Positions 47,429-57,986 of a stretch of DNA of 64,000 nucleotides are shown in pieces (position 1 is the stretch's first letter; the number at the start of each line of letters is the position of its first letter). The position numbers were made by a program, and so were the translations under genes. Location of the stretch: the NCBI GenBank assembly GCA_002898395.1, contig BEHE01000007.1:1-64000 (forward strand), given 5' to 3'. The notes under the pieces were generated by a model. That model had not been told where the DNA came from, searched no databases, and saw only the letters and a program-made list of their open reading frames with translations. This stretch comes from Candidatus Calditenuaceae archaeon HR02 (GTDB lineage Archaea > Thermoproteota > Nitrososphaeria_A > Caldarchaeales > Calditenuaceae).

Positions 47429-48739
47429 TTAACTTTCACTCAGCTCTTCGACGGTCCTGTTTGCAGTCTCGATCCCACGCGCCAACCAGGCTAAAGTAGT
47501 TGCCAAGCCAGCCCCCCAGAGGATTACCGAGGACGCTAAGAACTCGGAAGCGGTGAATACGTTCTGTGTGAGGACCATTAGCGCGCCGCTGACACCTGTG
47601 AAGCTTGTCAAAACACCTACCGCGGTGGCCCTGATGCCTGTGGGGAAGAGCTCGCTCTGTAGGGCGCTTACCGAGCCCCAGGCCCATTCTGAGAAGACAA
47701 GGCAGAGGAAGAGTGTGGTGTAGAAATGGAGGGTCAGCTCAAGGTCGTGTGTGAGCAGTACTAGTGCTGCAAAAACTGTCCCCAACAGGAATGAGAGGAG
47801 GATTGATAGCCTTCTACTCCTGTCTATGAGCGGCCAGAGGAGGGGTGCGCCAATAGAGGCTCCGAGGTTTGCGATAAAAATGACTTGGGGCGCGGACTCG
47901 ACGCCGAAAGCAAAGTCTCTGGCATATGGTGCGTAATAGGCCATCATCCCATAGGTAACATATTGTGAAACGGTTATGATTGAGAGTATGGCGAAACGGT
48001 ATAAGAAGCCAATGCCGACGCCCCCCGCCGACTTGTCGGCTCTGGCTGCTACCCCACTTGGAGGTGGCTGAGGCTGTTGGGCGCCAATCTCTGCTGAGAC
48101 CTTCGCGGCTTCAGTAGCCTTGCCTACGTGTAGTAGCCATCGAGGCGACTCTGGGACCATAAGCCTAATCACCGCCACAAGCCCGAGTGTTGCTATGGTT
48201 GCGAGGAGGATGTACTGGATCTGGATGTCCGGGTCGGAGTATATCGCCCTGAACACCAGCGCTGCTCCCGCTATAGCCGCGCTCCCGACATTCCAGAAGT
48301 TGGTTGAGAGGAGGATAGCCTTCCCCCTATACCTCGCTGGAACCACCTCTGCCAAGGCCGCATAAGACGCGCCAAAATCTCCTCCCACACTGAAGCTCAT
48401 TAGAGAGGTCAGGACCAAGACTGCCAGGGGGGACTTGTAGAGGAAAAATAGGAGCCCGGTAGAGAGGGCCTGTATCGAGTTAATCAAGAGGAGGATGAAC
48501 TTCCTGCCACGCCTATCTGCAAGGAATCCGAAGAAGAGCGAGCCCGCCGTCTCAGCGAGTAGGTTAGAGGCAAAGATGATGGTGGCGAGTTCTGGTGCAA
48601 TGATTACTGCCGTCAAAGGAGCTATCGCGAAGACTATTCCATCGAGCAGATAGTTGAGGGAGACTGCTGTGAAGAGGTACCAGTGCGGGCGTCTCCAACC
48701 AGCTGACTCTAGGGATGCCAGGACCTCCTCTCTCGACAC
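47429..48739 (-). CDS. MFS transporter (sugar/organic acid type)
   Basis: GFLADRRGRK, PESPRWL, SELFPTGIR. Confidence 0.9.
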   Translation of the reverse strand: MSREEVLASLESAGWRRPHWYLFTAVSLNYLLDGIVFAIAPLTAVIIAPELATIIFASNLLAETAGSLFFGFLADRRGRKFILLLINSIQALSTGLLFFLYKSPLAVLVLTSLMSFSVGGDFGASYAALAEVVPARYRGKAILLSTNFWNVGSAAIAGAALVFRAIYSDPDIQIQYILLATIATLGLVAVIRLMVPESPRWLLHVGKATEAAKVSAEIGAQQPQPPPSGVAARADKSAGGVGIGFLYRFAILSIITVSQYVTYGMMAYYAPYARDFAFGVESAPQVIFIANLGASIGAPLLWPLIDRSRRLSILLSFLLGTVFAALVLLTHDLELTLHFYTTLFLCLVFSEWAWGSVSALQSELFPTGIRATAVGVLTSFTGVSGALMVLTQNVFTASEFLASSVILWGAGLATTLAWLARGIETANRTVEELSES

Positions 48740-48802
48740 TTCGGTGAAGTGTCGGCGTCTCGGTTCATATAAACCGGTCTATAACCTAGTTATGGGTTGA
48801 CA

Positions 48803-49495
48803 TTACTGCTTCGGCACGAAGGGCCAGCTTTCCCTCCTGTATGAAGAGTCCCAGAATAGATACTCGTAAATCGTTGAGATTCTGAAGTGTAGTTCTGCGT
48901 CAATTAGCTCCTCCTTTCCCGCCCTTTCACCCGCCTTGCCGGCCAGCCTTATTATGCGGTCCACCGCCTGCTCGTAGTCTGGTGAGGAGTAGGTGTCTAT
49001 CCACCGGCTGTATGTCTCGACCGGTGACCCCCTCTTCAACAATTCTCTACCCACCTCCATGTACACCCAGAAGCAGGGGAGTATCGCTGCTAAACCGGTG
49101 AGGAATGGCTTCTCATAGGCTGAGGCTATGAGAAAGTCTGTGTAGGCGCGGTTGGTGGGTGACATCTGGTACCCCTTGAGGATTGGCATGCTGATGCCCC
49201 ACTGGGAGAGGAGGAAGTCGTGTAGTGAGGCCCGCTCAACTAAAAGTGCGTCGCGTGCGGTTGAGATTAGTGTGAGGGCTGCGTCGTCATCCGGCGCCTT
49301 AGCCCCTACAAGAGCCACGGCCTTGGCGAACCTACTGAGATAGAGTGCATCTTGGATGATGTATTCCTTGAAGACCTCTACGTCGAGGCTTCCATCTGTC
49401 AGCCCTGTTATGAACGGATGTGCCAGAATAGCCTGATAGACATCTCTGGCGGCGGACCATAGACGATCAGTGAAACAGCCCATTCTGCCTCTCAC
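48803..49495 (-). CDS. tenA: Thiaminase II TenA
   Basis: HPF...GSL, YIIQDALYL, LPCFWVY catalytic Cys, WIDTY, EYLFW. Confidence 0.9.
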   Translation of the reverse strand: MRGRMGCFTDRLWSAARDVYQAILAHPFITGLTDGSLDVEVFKEYIIQDALYLSRFAKAVALVGAKAPDDDAALTLISTARDALLVERASLHDFLLSQWGISMPILKGYQMSPTNRAYTDFLIASAYEKPFLTGLAAILPCFWVYMEVGRELLKRGSPVETYSRWIDTYSSPDYEQAVDRIIRLAGKAGERAGKEELIDAELHFRISTIYEYLFWDSSYRRESWPFVPKQ

Positions 49496-50136
49496 CCACT
49501 ATAGAGAGAATCCCAGAAACCGAGCTCATAGCTCTGAATCATCCTGGAGACAAGCCGGGCCCTCGCCTCCATTCCAGGCATGTATCTCTCCAGAATCCTT
49601 CCACCCTCCTCCTCAATCCAGCTGGGTGGATTAGCGAAAGCGTCTAGGAAATCGGTAGACCTGACACCGTAGTTCTCCCTGAGCGCCGATGCGAGCCTGC
49701 CACAAGCGCGGCCCCAGACCGGCAAATTAACCACCAGGGCGGCCACCTGCTCACATATCCCGCCATAAAGGGCGAGCCAAGCGAGGTAGTGGGTATAGGC
49801 CACTGCCCCCGGCAAGACCCTCAACTCGCTGAACTCCTTGAAAGGTGCTTTCAACTCCTCGCCAAGCTTGAGTAGTGTCTGGAATGCAGCGAGGTCTCCT
49901 TGCTTGAGACGTGATAGGTAATCAGCCTCATCGGGGTGCGAGGCCCTGCTAACCATTACGGCCAAACTCCTCAAGTCGTGATAAACAATGTAATACTGGT
50001 TCTCTACGAAAAGTCTTAGCTTTTCCTTGGGTAGGAGCCCCCTCTCTGCCTCGGTTAGAAAGGGGTGGTTCTCGATACGTCTGTTCAAGGCCTCGAGCTC
50101 TCTGCGCAGATTCTCGATGAGGTCGCGCCCTCTCAC
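49492..50136 (-). CDS. TenA-like paralog lacking the catalytic Cys
   Basis: NHPFL, QYYIV, AYTHYL, YELGFWD. Confidence 0.8.
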   Translation of the reverse strand: MRGRDLIENLRRELEALNRRIENHPFLTEAERGLLPKEKLRLFVENQYYIVYHDLRSLAVMVSRASHPDEADYLSRLKQGDLAAFQTLLKLGEELKAPFKEFSELRVLPGAVAYTHYLAWLALYGGICEQVAALVVNLPVWGRACGRLASALRENYGVRSTDFLDAFANPPSWIEEEGGRILERYMPGMEARARLVSRMIQSYELGFWDSLYSG

Positions 50137-50265
50137 GAAGCCAGATTAGCCTCTGACATATTTAACTTGGGTGATAAGCCGCTGATTGCTTGTACTCTGT
50201 TGGGGTCTGATAGCCTTATATAGCAGGGGCGGCGTTAAATCTTGTCCTAAAGTGGTTGGAAAGGT

Positions 50266-50703
50266 TTGGAAAGAGTAGACAAGATTGAAAGCCTAACACC
50301 AAACTCTCGGAACGTAAACATTGTCGCGAAAGTAGTCTCTAAGAGTGAGCCCCGCTCTGTAGGAAGCCAGTATGACCAGAGCCAACACCAGCTAGCAGAG
50401 TCGCTCATAGCCGACGAGACAGGAGCAATACAGCTAGTACTGTGGGACGAGAACATAAACAAGGTAAACGAGGGCGACACCGTCAAGATCTCGAACGCCT
50501 TTGTAAAGGTTTTCAGAGGTAAGATGCAGCTGAACTTAGGTAGGTATGGGAAGCTCGAGATAACCGATGAGGAGCTCAGTAACGTGAATGTTGAAAACAA
50601 TCTATCTGAGAAGACTGTCTATCAGGGTGCGGCGAGGCCTGGAGGTGCCAGGAGGCGGGGCTGGTCTCCTAGGGGGCCTCGCACCAGGTTCGGTAGCGAG
50701 TAA
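50266..50703 (+). CDS. ssb: Single-stranded DNA-binding protein (single OB fold, crenarchaeal type)
   Basis: ADETGAIQLVLW, GDTVKISNA, basic Gly/Arg tail. Confidence 0.88.
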   Translation: MERVDKIESLTPNSRNVNIVAKVVSKSEPRSVGSQYDQSQHQLAESLIADETGAIQLVLWDENINKVNEGDTVKISNAFVKVFRGKMQLNLGRYGKLEITDEELSNVNVENNLSEKTVYQGAARPGGARRRGWSPRGPRTRFGSE

Positions 50704-50709
50704 AAACTC

Positions 50710-52002
50710 CTACTCGAGAGGCTCAACTAGGAGAATCCTGTCCTCAACACCAACAACTTTTATTGTTTGATTTTGTTTAACAGGCTTTAGAGCCTTTGCT
50801 CTCCTATATTCTCCAGCGACGACCACGTAGCCGATCTTGCCGGCCTCAATATCTTCGACAGACCGCCCAACCTTCGCTGTAGGAGTCAGCTCGAAGGATT
50901 TTCGCCTAACGGTACGGAGCGCCTTATAGAGTATGAAGGCGGTCACGCCACCTCCGAAGGCTGCTACCAGACCAATGGTCACTTGAAGCTCATTGAGCCA
51001 CTCCTGTGACACGTAAATCACCCCTGGGGGAGCCCGTACTAGGAGGATTAAACCTAGCGATAGTAAAATGACTCCGCCTATCATTGCAGCCATTATTCCG
51101 CCCGAATAGAACTCGTAGAGTATGAGTACTGATCCCAAGACTATGAGCGCTAGTCCGGCCCAGTTTAGGTTGAAGCCCTGCCCCACAAGCCCTAAAACTA
51201 TCAACACACCCCCCAACAACTCCGCGCCGAACCCTGGTGAGGAGAGACCCACTATGAGTATCAAGACTCCGAGAGTCAGTAATAGGCCGGAGACCAGCGG
51301 GTCGCTTAGGAACTGAAGCACCTGAATCCTAACGTCGGGGTCAACCCTCACCAATCTTGCTCCACGTGTGTTGAGGGCGACTTCGCCGTGGATAGTTTTG
51401 ACTACAGCCCCATCAGCCTTCTCCAACAATTCGGAGGTGTCTCCTGCGACTATCTCTATTACACCGTAGCTTAAAGCCTCCTCTGGCCCCAGGTTATCGT
51501 TATGTGTGACAAACCGGGCAGCCTGTGTCTCGTTTCTGCCATGCAGCCTAGCCATGCTTCGCATCTTCTCGACGAGAAAGTTGATGAGCTTCGTGTCGTT
51601 GGAGGGAACCCCATTCACCACTGGCTGTGCTGACCCGATGGTTGTGTAGGGAGCCATGGCTGCGAGGCTTGATGCCATCAAGATGTATGTTCCTGCGGAG
51701 AGAGATTGCCCTCCCGGCGGATAGACGTATACTATAACCGGTATTGGTGATGCCATCATCGCGTCTATTATCTTGAACGTGGAGTCTCCTAGTCCGCCGA
51801 AGGTGTTTATCGTTATCAGAACGGCCCTGTAGCCTCTAGAGCTTTCTAAGGCTGCGGTAATGTACTCGGCTGTGGCTGGCGATATATTGCCTGAGATATT
51901 GAGCCACATTATCTCCCCCTGCCCCGAGGCTAAAGGGACCAATAATGCCACATAGAGCAGGAGGAGGGTGGATGAAGCCGCGAACCTATATGTCGGTCTC
52001 AA
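50710..52002 (-). CDS. nfeD: NfeD-family membrane-bound serine protease (stomatin partner)
   Basis: NTFGG, SAGTYI, IGSAQP; TM region; C-terminal OB-like domain. Confidence 0.9.
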   Translation of the reverse strand: MRPTYRFAASSTLLLLYVALLVPLASGQGEIMWLNISGNISPATAEYITAALESSRGYRAVLITINTFGGLGDSTFKIIDAMMASPIPVIVYVYPPGGQSLSAGTYILMASSLAAMAPYTTIGSAQPVVNGVPSNDTKLINFLVEKMRSMARLHGRNETQAARFVTHNDNLGPEEALSYGVIEIVAGDTSELLEKADGAVVKTIHGEVALNTRGARLVRVDPDVRIQVLQFLSDPLVSGLLLTLGVLILIVGLSSPGFGAELLGGVLIVLGLVGQGFNLNWAGLALIVLGSVLILYEFYSGGIMAAMIGGVILLSLGLILLVRAPPGVIYVSQEWLNELQVTIGLVAAFGGGVTAFILYKALRTVRRKSFELTPTAKVGRSVEDIEAGKIGYVVVAGEYRRAKALKPVKQNQTIKVVGVEDRILLVEPLE

Positions 52003-52012
52003 GGGTTAAGCG

Positions 52013-52825
52013 CTACTTTTTCTGACTCTCCTGCGCGACTCCCCTCGCTACTCCCACTAGGCTTCCCAGCCCCCCTCCCCCCTCAGTGACTATTATCAGG
52101 TTCTTCTCCCTCGCAATCTCTGCCCAGGTCTGGAGCTCCCTCAATCTCATGGCATAGGGATTAGTTGCATAGGCTGCAGCTGCATCGGCCATTTTCTGAG
52201 CTGCAAGGAGCTCCCCCTCAGCTATTATAATCCTACTCCTCTTCTCCCTCTCCGCCTCGGCCTGCTTAGCCATAGCCCTCTGCATAGACTCTGGGATAAC
52301 GACATCTCTGATCGAAACGTTGGTTACCTTAATCCCCCAGGGCTCCGTAGCCTCGTCCAGAATAACCTGTATCCTCCTGTTCAGCTCGTCCCTCCTCGCT
52401 AGGAGGTCGTCAAGCTCGACCTGGCCGATTACATCCCTTAAAGTTGTCTGCGCCAACAGGCTAGTTGCGATCTGGTAGTCCCTCACCCTCAGGACGGCTG
52501 CCAGCGGGTCCTCCACCCGCATATAAACTACAGCGTCGACCTCCACGGTCACGTTATCCCTAGTCACAATTCGTTGACGCGGTACGTCGAATGTGATTAT
52601 CCTGAGGTCGATGATTCTCGGCTGATCGACTATGGGGACCAGGAGTATTAGGCCTGGGCCCTTCGCCCCTATAACCCTTCCGAGACGGAAGATAACTGCC
52701 CTCTCATACTCTCTTACAACCCTGATCGCTGAAGCCAAGATTATAATTAGTATCAGGACCAGTAGTATAAGGCCAATAATCGTTCCCACACCTACTTGGA
52801 GAGTAACCACCATCCCACCACTCAT
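52013..52825 (-). CDS. Stomatin/SPFH (band 7) protein
   Basis: REYERAVIFRLGR, QTTLR, AMAKQAEAERE. Confidence 0.93.
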   Translation of the reverse strand: MSGGMVVTLQVGVGTIIGLILLVLILIIILASAIRVVREYERAVIFRLGRVIGAKGPGLILLVPIVDQPRIIDLRIITFDVPRQRIVTRDNVTVEVDAVVYMRVEDPLAAVLRVRDYQIATSLLAQTTLRDVIGQVELDDLLARRDELNRRIQVILDEATEPWGIKVTNVSIRDVVIPESMQRAMAKQAEAEREKRSRIIIAEGELLAAQKMADAAAAYATNPYAMRLRELQTWAEIAREKNLIIVTEGGGGLGSLVGVARGVAQESQKK

Positions 52826-52938
52826 TACGGGGCCGTGTTTTTAAATGTTTCATATCGATCCGAAACGGCTGCCGGCTAGGGTCCAGGTTTTAAAAGACTA
52901 AAATATCGAGATTCGTTAACAATCCCGTAGACCGAGAA

Positions 52939-55900
52939 ATGTACGCGCTACCGCCGCGCTACGACTTCAGGAGTGTTGAGGAGGAGATAGCCAAGTTCTG
53001 GTCTGAGAATGATGTCCCGAAGAAGCACATGAGCATGAATCGGGGCGCCCCCATCTTCTCCTTCCTCGAGGGGCCACCAACCGTCAACTCCTACATGCAT
53101 ATCGGGCATGCTAGGGGGCGGGTCTACAAGGACATAGTCTTGAGGTTCCAGACGATGAGGGGGCTTGATGTCTGGCGGAGGGCTGGGTGGGATTGTCAGG
53201 GCCTACCCACTGAGCTGGAGGTTGAGAAGAGGCTCGGCATCAGTAGCAAGAAGGAGATTGAGGCTATTGGGATGGAGAGGTTTGTGGAAGAGGCTAACGC
53301 TCTAGTCGACTACTATATCAATGAGTGGAGGAAGGCCTCTGAGCGTCTCGCCCTCTGGCTAGACTATGACACAGCCTATCAGACGCGGAACGAGAGATAC
53401 ATGGAGCATGTGTGGTATCTGCTGAAAAAGTGTTATGAGAGCGGAGACTTGGTCGTCAGCTTCAAGGTAGTGCCCTTCTGCCCTAGGTGTGAGACTCCCC
53501 TCTCATCCCATGAGGTGGCTCAGGGATACGAAGAGGTTGAAGACTACTCGATCTATGTGAAGTTCCCCGTCGAAGGCGATGTAAATAGATACCTTGTCAT
53601 ATGGACAACCACGCCGTGGACCCTGGTTGCGAACGAGGCTGTAGCCATCAACCCCGAGGAAGAGTATGTCGAATTAGAGACGGATGGTTGGAGAATGATC
53701 GTTGCCCAGAAACTGCTGGAAAAGGTATGTTCCGATGCAGGGATAACAAGCTATAGTGTTCTGAGCCGGTTCACAGGTGCGAGCTTAGTGGGTCTAAGGT
53801 ATGTTCATCCCCTTGGCGGGGAAGTCCGCGCACACACAAGCCACGGGCCTCCAGCCCACACGGTATTGCCGGCAGATTTTGTCTCGATGGATGAGGGAAC
53901 TGGCCTGGTTCATATAGCCCCCGGCCACGGGCCTGAGGACTTCGAGCTGGGTAAAAGTCACGGGTTACCAATATTCTGCCCCATCGGCACTAATGGGGTC
54001 TTCACGGAGGAGGGCGGGCGGTTCGCCGGTCTCGGATATAGGGAGGCGGCGGACCAGGTGATAAAAGTACTAGCAGGTAAGGGGCTGCTTCTCAAAGAGG
54101 GGCGTATACTTCACACCTACCCCCACTGTTGGAGGTGCGGTACCCCGCTCATTTATCTGACGAGCCGTCAATGGTTCCTGAAGATCGACAGAATCAAGAA
54201 GCTTATGATAGAGGAGAATGCGAAGGTCAAGTGGTACCCAGCTTGGGCGGGGCAGAACAGGTTTGGAGAATGGCTCGAAAACGCGGAAGACTGGTGCATC
54301 TCTAGGACAAGGATTTGGGGGACTCCGCTTAACATCTGGTCCTGTAGCAAATGCGGCAGCACGCGGGCTGTAGGCTCAAAGGCGGAGCTTGAGGCTGCTG
54401 AGAAGAAGCCAACCCCACTAAGGATGCATAGGCCTTGGGTGGACAGGGTTGTCTTCAGGTGCGAGAAGTGTGGGGGCGAGATGTATAGGGAGCCCTTCGT
54501 CCTAGATACGTGGCTTGACTCCGGTGTTGCACACTTCGCGGGTGTAGACTGGCTAGGGGACCGGAGGCTATTCGAGAAGCTCTTCCCCTACGACTTCATC
54601 ACAGAGGCGATAGACCAGACGAGGGGCTGGTTCTACACCCTTCTCTTCACCTCTGCCTTGATGTTCGGGAAAGCCCCCTACAAGATAGTGCTGAGCCAGA
54701 ACTTCGTCCTAGACAGGTTTGGGAAAAAGATGTCTAAGAGCAGGGGTAATGTGCTCTGGGCGACAGACGCGATGGACAGCTGGGGTGTAGACAATGTCAG
54801 GCTCTATCTCGTCAGCAAGGCCCAGAGCTGGGAGACAATAAACTTCGATCCGGATGAAGTCAAGCAGGTCAACCAGTCCCTCAACATTCTATGGAACGTG
54901 GTCTCATTTGCGAAGACATACTTTGACCTAGACAGGTATGACCCAGAGAAGGAACCTGTCTGGGCTATGCTTAACTACGCCGAGCCCGAGGACAGGTGGA
55001 TCCTCTCGAGAGTAAACACACTGACAAAGTATGTGACATCCAGTATTGAGAGGTTTGAGATACACGAAGCGGCGAGAAGCCTCTTAAACTTCATAGTAGA
55101 GGATCTGAGCAGGACGTATGTCCGCGCTGTTAGGAGGAGGTTCTGGACTGAGGAGAGGACTCCCTCAAAGATAGCAGCCTATGCAACACTACACTACGTG
55201 CTGAGAAAACTCCTGCCACTCCTCTCAATCTTTGCCCCATACATTTCGGAGTATCTCTACCAGCGGCTCAAGACAGAGAATGACCCGCTCAGCGTCTGCC
55301 TAAATAGGTGGCCACGGCCCGACGAAGCTCTCATAAACCCCGAGATTGAGGACCAGATGCAGGTGGCCGAAGACGTAATCGCCGCAACATTGAATGCCAG
55401 GAATAGGGCGAGGAGGAAGCTTCGCTGGCCCCTGAGGCGGATAATTATAGCGCCCAACTCCCCGCGCGCCAAGGAATCAGTTCAGGTCTTGAGATCCTAC
55501 ATAGAGAGGATGACTAACAGCTTTTCTGTCGAGGTTCTTGACGTCGGTCAAAAGCCCGCCGAAATCATTAGAAGACTCGTTCCAGTAAACTCGCGTCTAG
55601 GCCCCAGGGCTGGGAAGAAGCTCCCACTCGTCTCGGAGGCGTTATCTAAGGCGCGTGTGGGCGAGCTTTTAGACCAAATCGCTAAGACCGGTCATTACAC
55701 TCTGATGTTGAGTGATGGCTCGGTTTTCGATGTGGTAGAAGGTGATTTCCAGGTTGTTGAGGAGCTGCCAGCTCACTTGTTTGAGGGCGAAGGACGCTTC
55801 GCGATGGTCTACATAGACGTCTCGGAGGACGAGAGGTTAAAGTCGATATCTCTCGCCAATGAGGTGATAAGGAGGATCCAGGTCATGAGGAAGGAGCTTA

Positions 55901-56127
55901 ACCTAGAGATTACCAGGGAGGTTCCGTGCGTAGTCTCGGTTGAGCCTCAGCCCCTCCAGGAGAGTCTTAAGCCCCTAGTCGAGTACATAGAGGAGGAAAC
56001 AAGGACTAGGATAAGCTTTGGTGCTGGTAAAGAGATTCCTAGCGCGGCATATAGTCGGGATTGGGTGCTCGAGCAGGGAGTCCTAACTGTCGCCATATTA
56101 TTGGAGGAAGAGGGCAAGACTGCCTAG
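52939..56127 (+). CDS. ileS: Isoleucyl-tRNA synthetase
   Basis: EGPP, HIGH, WTTTPWTL, DQTRGWF, KMSKS. Confidence 0.97.
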   Translation: MYALPPRYDFRSVEEEIAKFWSENDVPKKHMSMNRGAPIFSFLEGPPTVNSYMHIGHARGRVYKDIVLRFQTMRGLDVWRRAGWDCQGLPTELEVEKRLGISSKKEIEAIGMERFVEEANALVDYYINEWRKASERLALWLDYDTAYQTRNERYMEHVWYLLKKCYESGDLVVSFKVVPFCPRCETPLSSHEVAQGYEEVEDYSIYVKFPVEGDVNRYLVIWTTTPWTLVANEAVAINPEEEYVELETDGWRMIVAQKLLEKVCSDAGITSYSVLSRFTGASLVGLRYVHPLGGEVRAHTSHGPPAHTVLPADFVSMDEGTGLVHIAPGHGPEDFELGKSHGLPIFCPIGTNGVFTEEGGRFAGLGYREAADQVIKVLAGKGLLLKEGRILHTYPHCWRCGTPLIYLTSRQWFLKIDRIKKLMIEENAKVKWYPAWAGQNRFGEWLENAEDWCISRTRIWGTPLNIWSCSKCGSTRAVGSKAELEAAEKKPTPLRMHRPWVDRVVFRCEKCGGEMYREPFVLDTWLDSGVAHFAGVDWLGDRRLFEKLFPYDFITEAIDQTRGWFYTLLFTSALMFGKAPYKIVLSQNFVLDRFGKKMSKSRGNVLWATDAMDSWGVDNVRLYLVSKAQSWETINFDPDEVKQVNQSLNILWNVVSFAKTYFDLDRYDPEKEPVWAMLNYAEPEDRWILSRVNTLTKYVTSSIERFEIHEAARSLLNFIVEDLSRTYVRAVRRRFWTEERTPSKIAAYATLHYVLRKLLPLLSIFAPYISEYLYQRLKTENDPLSVCLNRWPRPDEALINPEIEDQMQVAEDVIAATLNARNRARRKLRWPLRRIIIAPNSPRAKESVQVLRSYIERMTNSFSVEVLDVGQKPAEIIRRLVPVNSRLGPRAGKKLPLVSEALSKARVGELLDQIAKTGHYTLMLSDGSVFDVVEGDFQVVEELPAHLFEGEGRFAMVYIDVSEDERLKSISLANEVIRRIQVMRKELNLEITREVPCVVSVEPQPLQESLKPLVEYIEEETRTRISFGAGKEIPSAAYSRDWVLEQGVLTVAILLEEEGKTA

Positions 56128-56130
56128 TCG

Positions 56131-57009
56131 ATGAAGGATCTGAAACGGATTGCCAGCCTCGTTGGAAGCCTCTCAGAGATAGAGTTCAAGGTACTGGAAA
56201 CGATCGAGAGGATAGCTGACCAGGGGCGGGTAGCCACGCCGGATGCTATCGCCAGGTCCCTCAAACTCGGCACGGATTATGTTGCGAAGATGCTGGATGA
56301 GCTTAACAGGAGGAGGCTCGTCTGGTCTCCGCGTGGAAGGGGCCGCGAATACATGCTTAACTTCGCCAGCCTCGATATGCTCGCACTACACAGCGCATCC
56401 AGGCGTGGAATACTAACTCATATAGGCGTCAAGATTGGTGTTGGGAAGGAGGCAGACATCTATGTGGGGCGGACCGGAGAGGGGAACGTCGTGGGCGTCA
56501 AGTTCTACAGGATAGGTAGGACAAGCATCAAAAAGCATAGACGTTTTCGAGAGGTAGGACTTGAGGCTGCAAATTATCTTGCATCCTCGAAGATGTCTGC
56601 CCAGCGTGAGATACAGGCACTCCGCATCCTCTATCCCAAGGGGGTGCCAGTTCCGGCCCCTGTATATCGTAACAGACACATGGTCGTCACCTCTCTAATT
56701 GAGGGAGAGCTGCTGGCCCGCGTCGATAAACTATCTGAGCCCGAGGCCCTGTTATGGGAGATTATCAAGTCCGTCAAGATGGCTCTTGAGGCGGGTGTGA
56801 TACACTGCGACCTGAGCCACTACAATATCCTCATCACACCCGAGGAGCGTCACGTGATAATTGACTGGCCCCAGTGGGTGAGGCCCTCACATCCAAACGC
56901 CGAGCTATACCTGAGACGGGATATCGAGAACATCGCCACGTTCTTCAGGAGAAAGTTCAGGCTGGCTGGGTCGGTTGAGGGGGTCATCGGGTGGGTCTCG
57001 AAGGACTAG
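56131..57009 (+). CDS. rio2: RIO2-type serine/threonine kinase
   Basis: N-terminal wHTH, IGVGKEAD, HCDLSHYN, IDWPQ. Confidence 0.92.
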   Translation: MKDLKRIASLVGSLSEIEFKVLETIERIADQGRVATPDAIARSLKLGTDYVAKMLDELNRRRLVWSPRGRGREYMLNFASLDMLALHSASRRGILTHIGVKIGVGKEADIYVGRTGEGNVVGVKFYRIGRTSIKKHRRFREVGLEAANYLASSKMSAQREIQALRILYPKGVPVPAPVYRNRHMVVTSLIEGELLARVDKLSEPEALLWEIIKSVKMALEAGVIHCDLSHYNILITPEERHVIIDWPQWVRPSHPNAELYLRRDIENIATFFRRKFRLAGSVEGVIGWVSKD

Positions 57010-57157
57010 GGTCTTAGGGCTGGACGGGCCGTTGAATACGCCATGAAACGGGGAATGCCAGTGCTTAGGTACTACCACTCAATTACTATTGGATAAGCCG
57101 TGCGGCCTTTTTTGCGGCTTGCTTAATTAGAGGCCGGTAATACTGAGGGCAGGTGAC

Positions 57158-57943
57158 TTGGTGGTGGCAGCTCGTCCCAAGAAGAAGCATGGTGTCCTCG
57201 CCCTCATATTTCGGAGAAGATCCATCAGAGTCTTCAGAGACGCGAAGCCTAATAGGAGTATTCTTGAGCTCTTGGTGGAAGCGGGACAGAGGGCGCCCTG
57301 CGTCTATCAGTCATACACGATCATCAATATAGAGAGGTCTGAGCTGCGGGAAAAGATATACGAGTTGACGGAGGACAACATCATTAAGCAGGCCCCCATC
57401 CTTTTGCTCCTCTGCATAGACCTTAGGAGGACGCGAATGCTGTTCGACCTGCTTGAGGCCGAGCACACCCTATCCAGGCCGCCAAACCCTATTGAGACTG
57501 TGGAGGCCATATTCGAGGCCGGCTTGTTCGCGGAGAATCTAATCTTGGCCGGCGAGGCCATCGGCTACTCCTCAGTCATTCTCGACTGGCCGCTTAAGCT
57601 CGGACTGGAGCTTCAAAAAATCCTCAACATTCCAAGTGGTGTGGCTCCTCTCTTTTTTGTCTGCATGGGTCCGCCTGGCGAGAACCCGCCGATAAGGCCA
57701 AGGATGCCTCTCGACTTGGTGCTGATGTCTGACACGTATCGCGAGCCTAGGAGGGAGCAGCTTCAGAAATATCTGGATGAGGCGTCAGAGAAGCTTGCAT
57801 CTGAGGGTTATGTATTGAAGTATGTCGGTATTCGGTCTACATATAGGCAATACCTCGCTGAAAAGATTAGGAGGGATAGGGAGATGGAGGTGCTTGAGGC
57901 TGAGACATCTGAGTTTTTAAGGCGGAACGGCCTCACAATATAA
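57158..57943 (+). CDS. Nitroreductase family protein
   Basis: RRSIRVF, GQRAP, RPRMP. Confidence 0.85.
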   Translation: MVVAARPKKKHGVLALIFRRRSIRVFRDAKPNRSILELLVEAGQRAPCVYQSYTIINIERSELREKIYELTEDNIIKQAPILLLLCIDLRRTRMLFDLLEAEHTLSRPPNPIETVEAIFEAGLFAENLILAGEAIGYSSVILDWPLKLGLELQKILNIPSGVAPLFFVCMGPPGENPPIRPRMPLDLVLMSDTYREPRREQLQKYLDEASEKLASEGYVLKYVGIRSTYRQYLAEKIRRDREMEVLEAETSEFLRRNGLTI

Positions 57944-57986
57944 GCCCTCAGCGAGAAGTAACAATTTATTACCGGTCTCAATATAT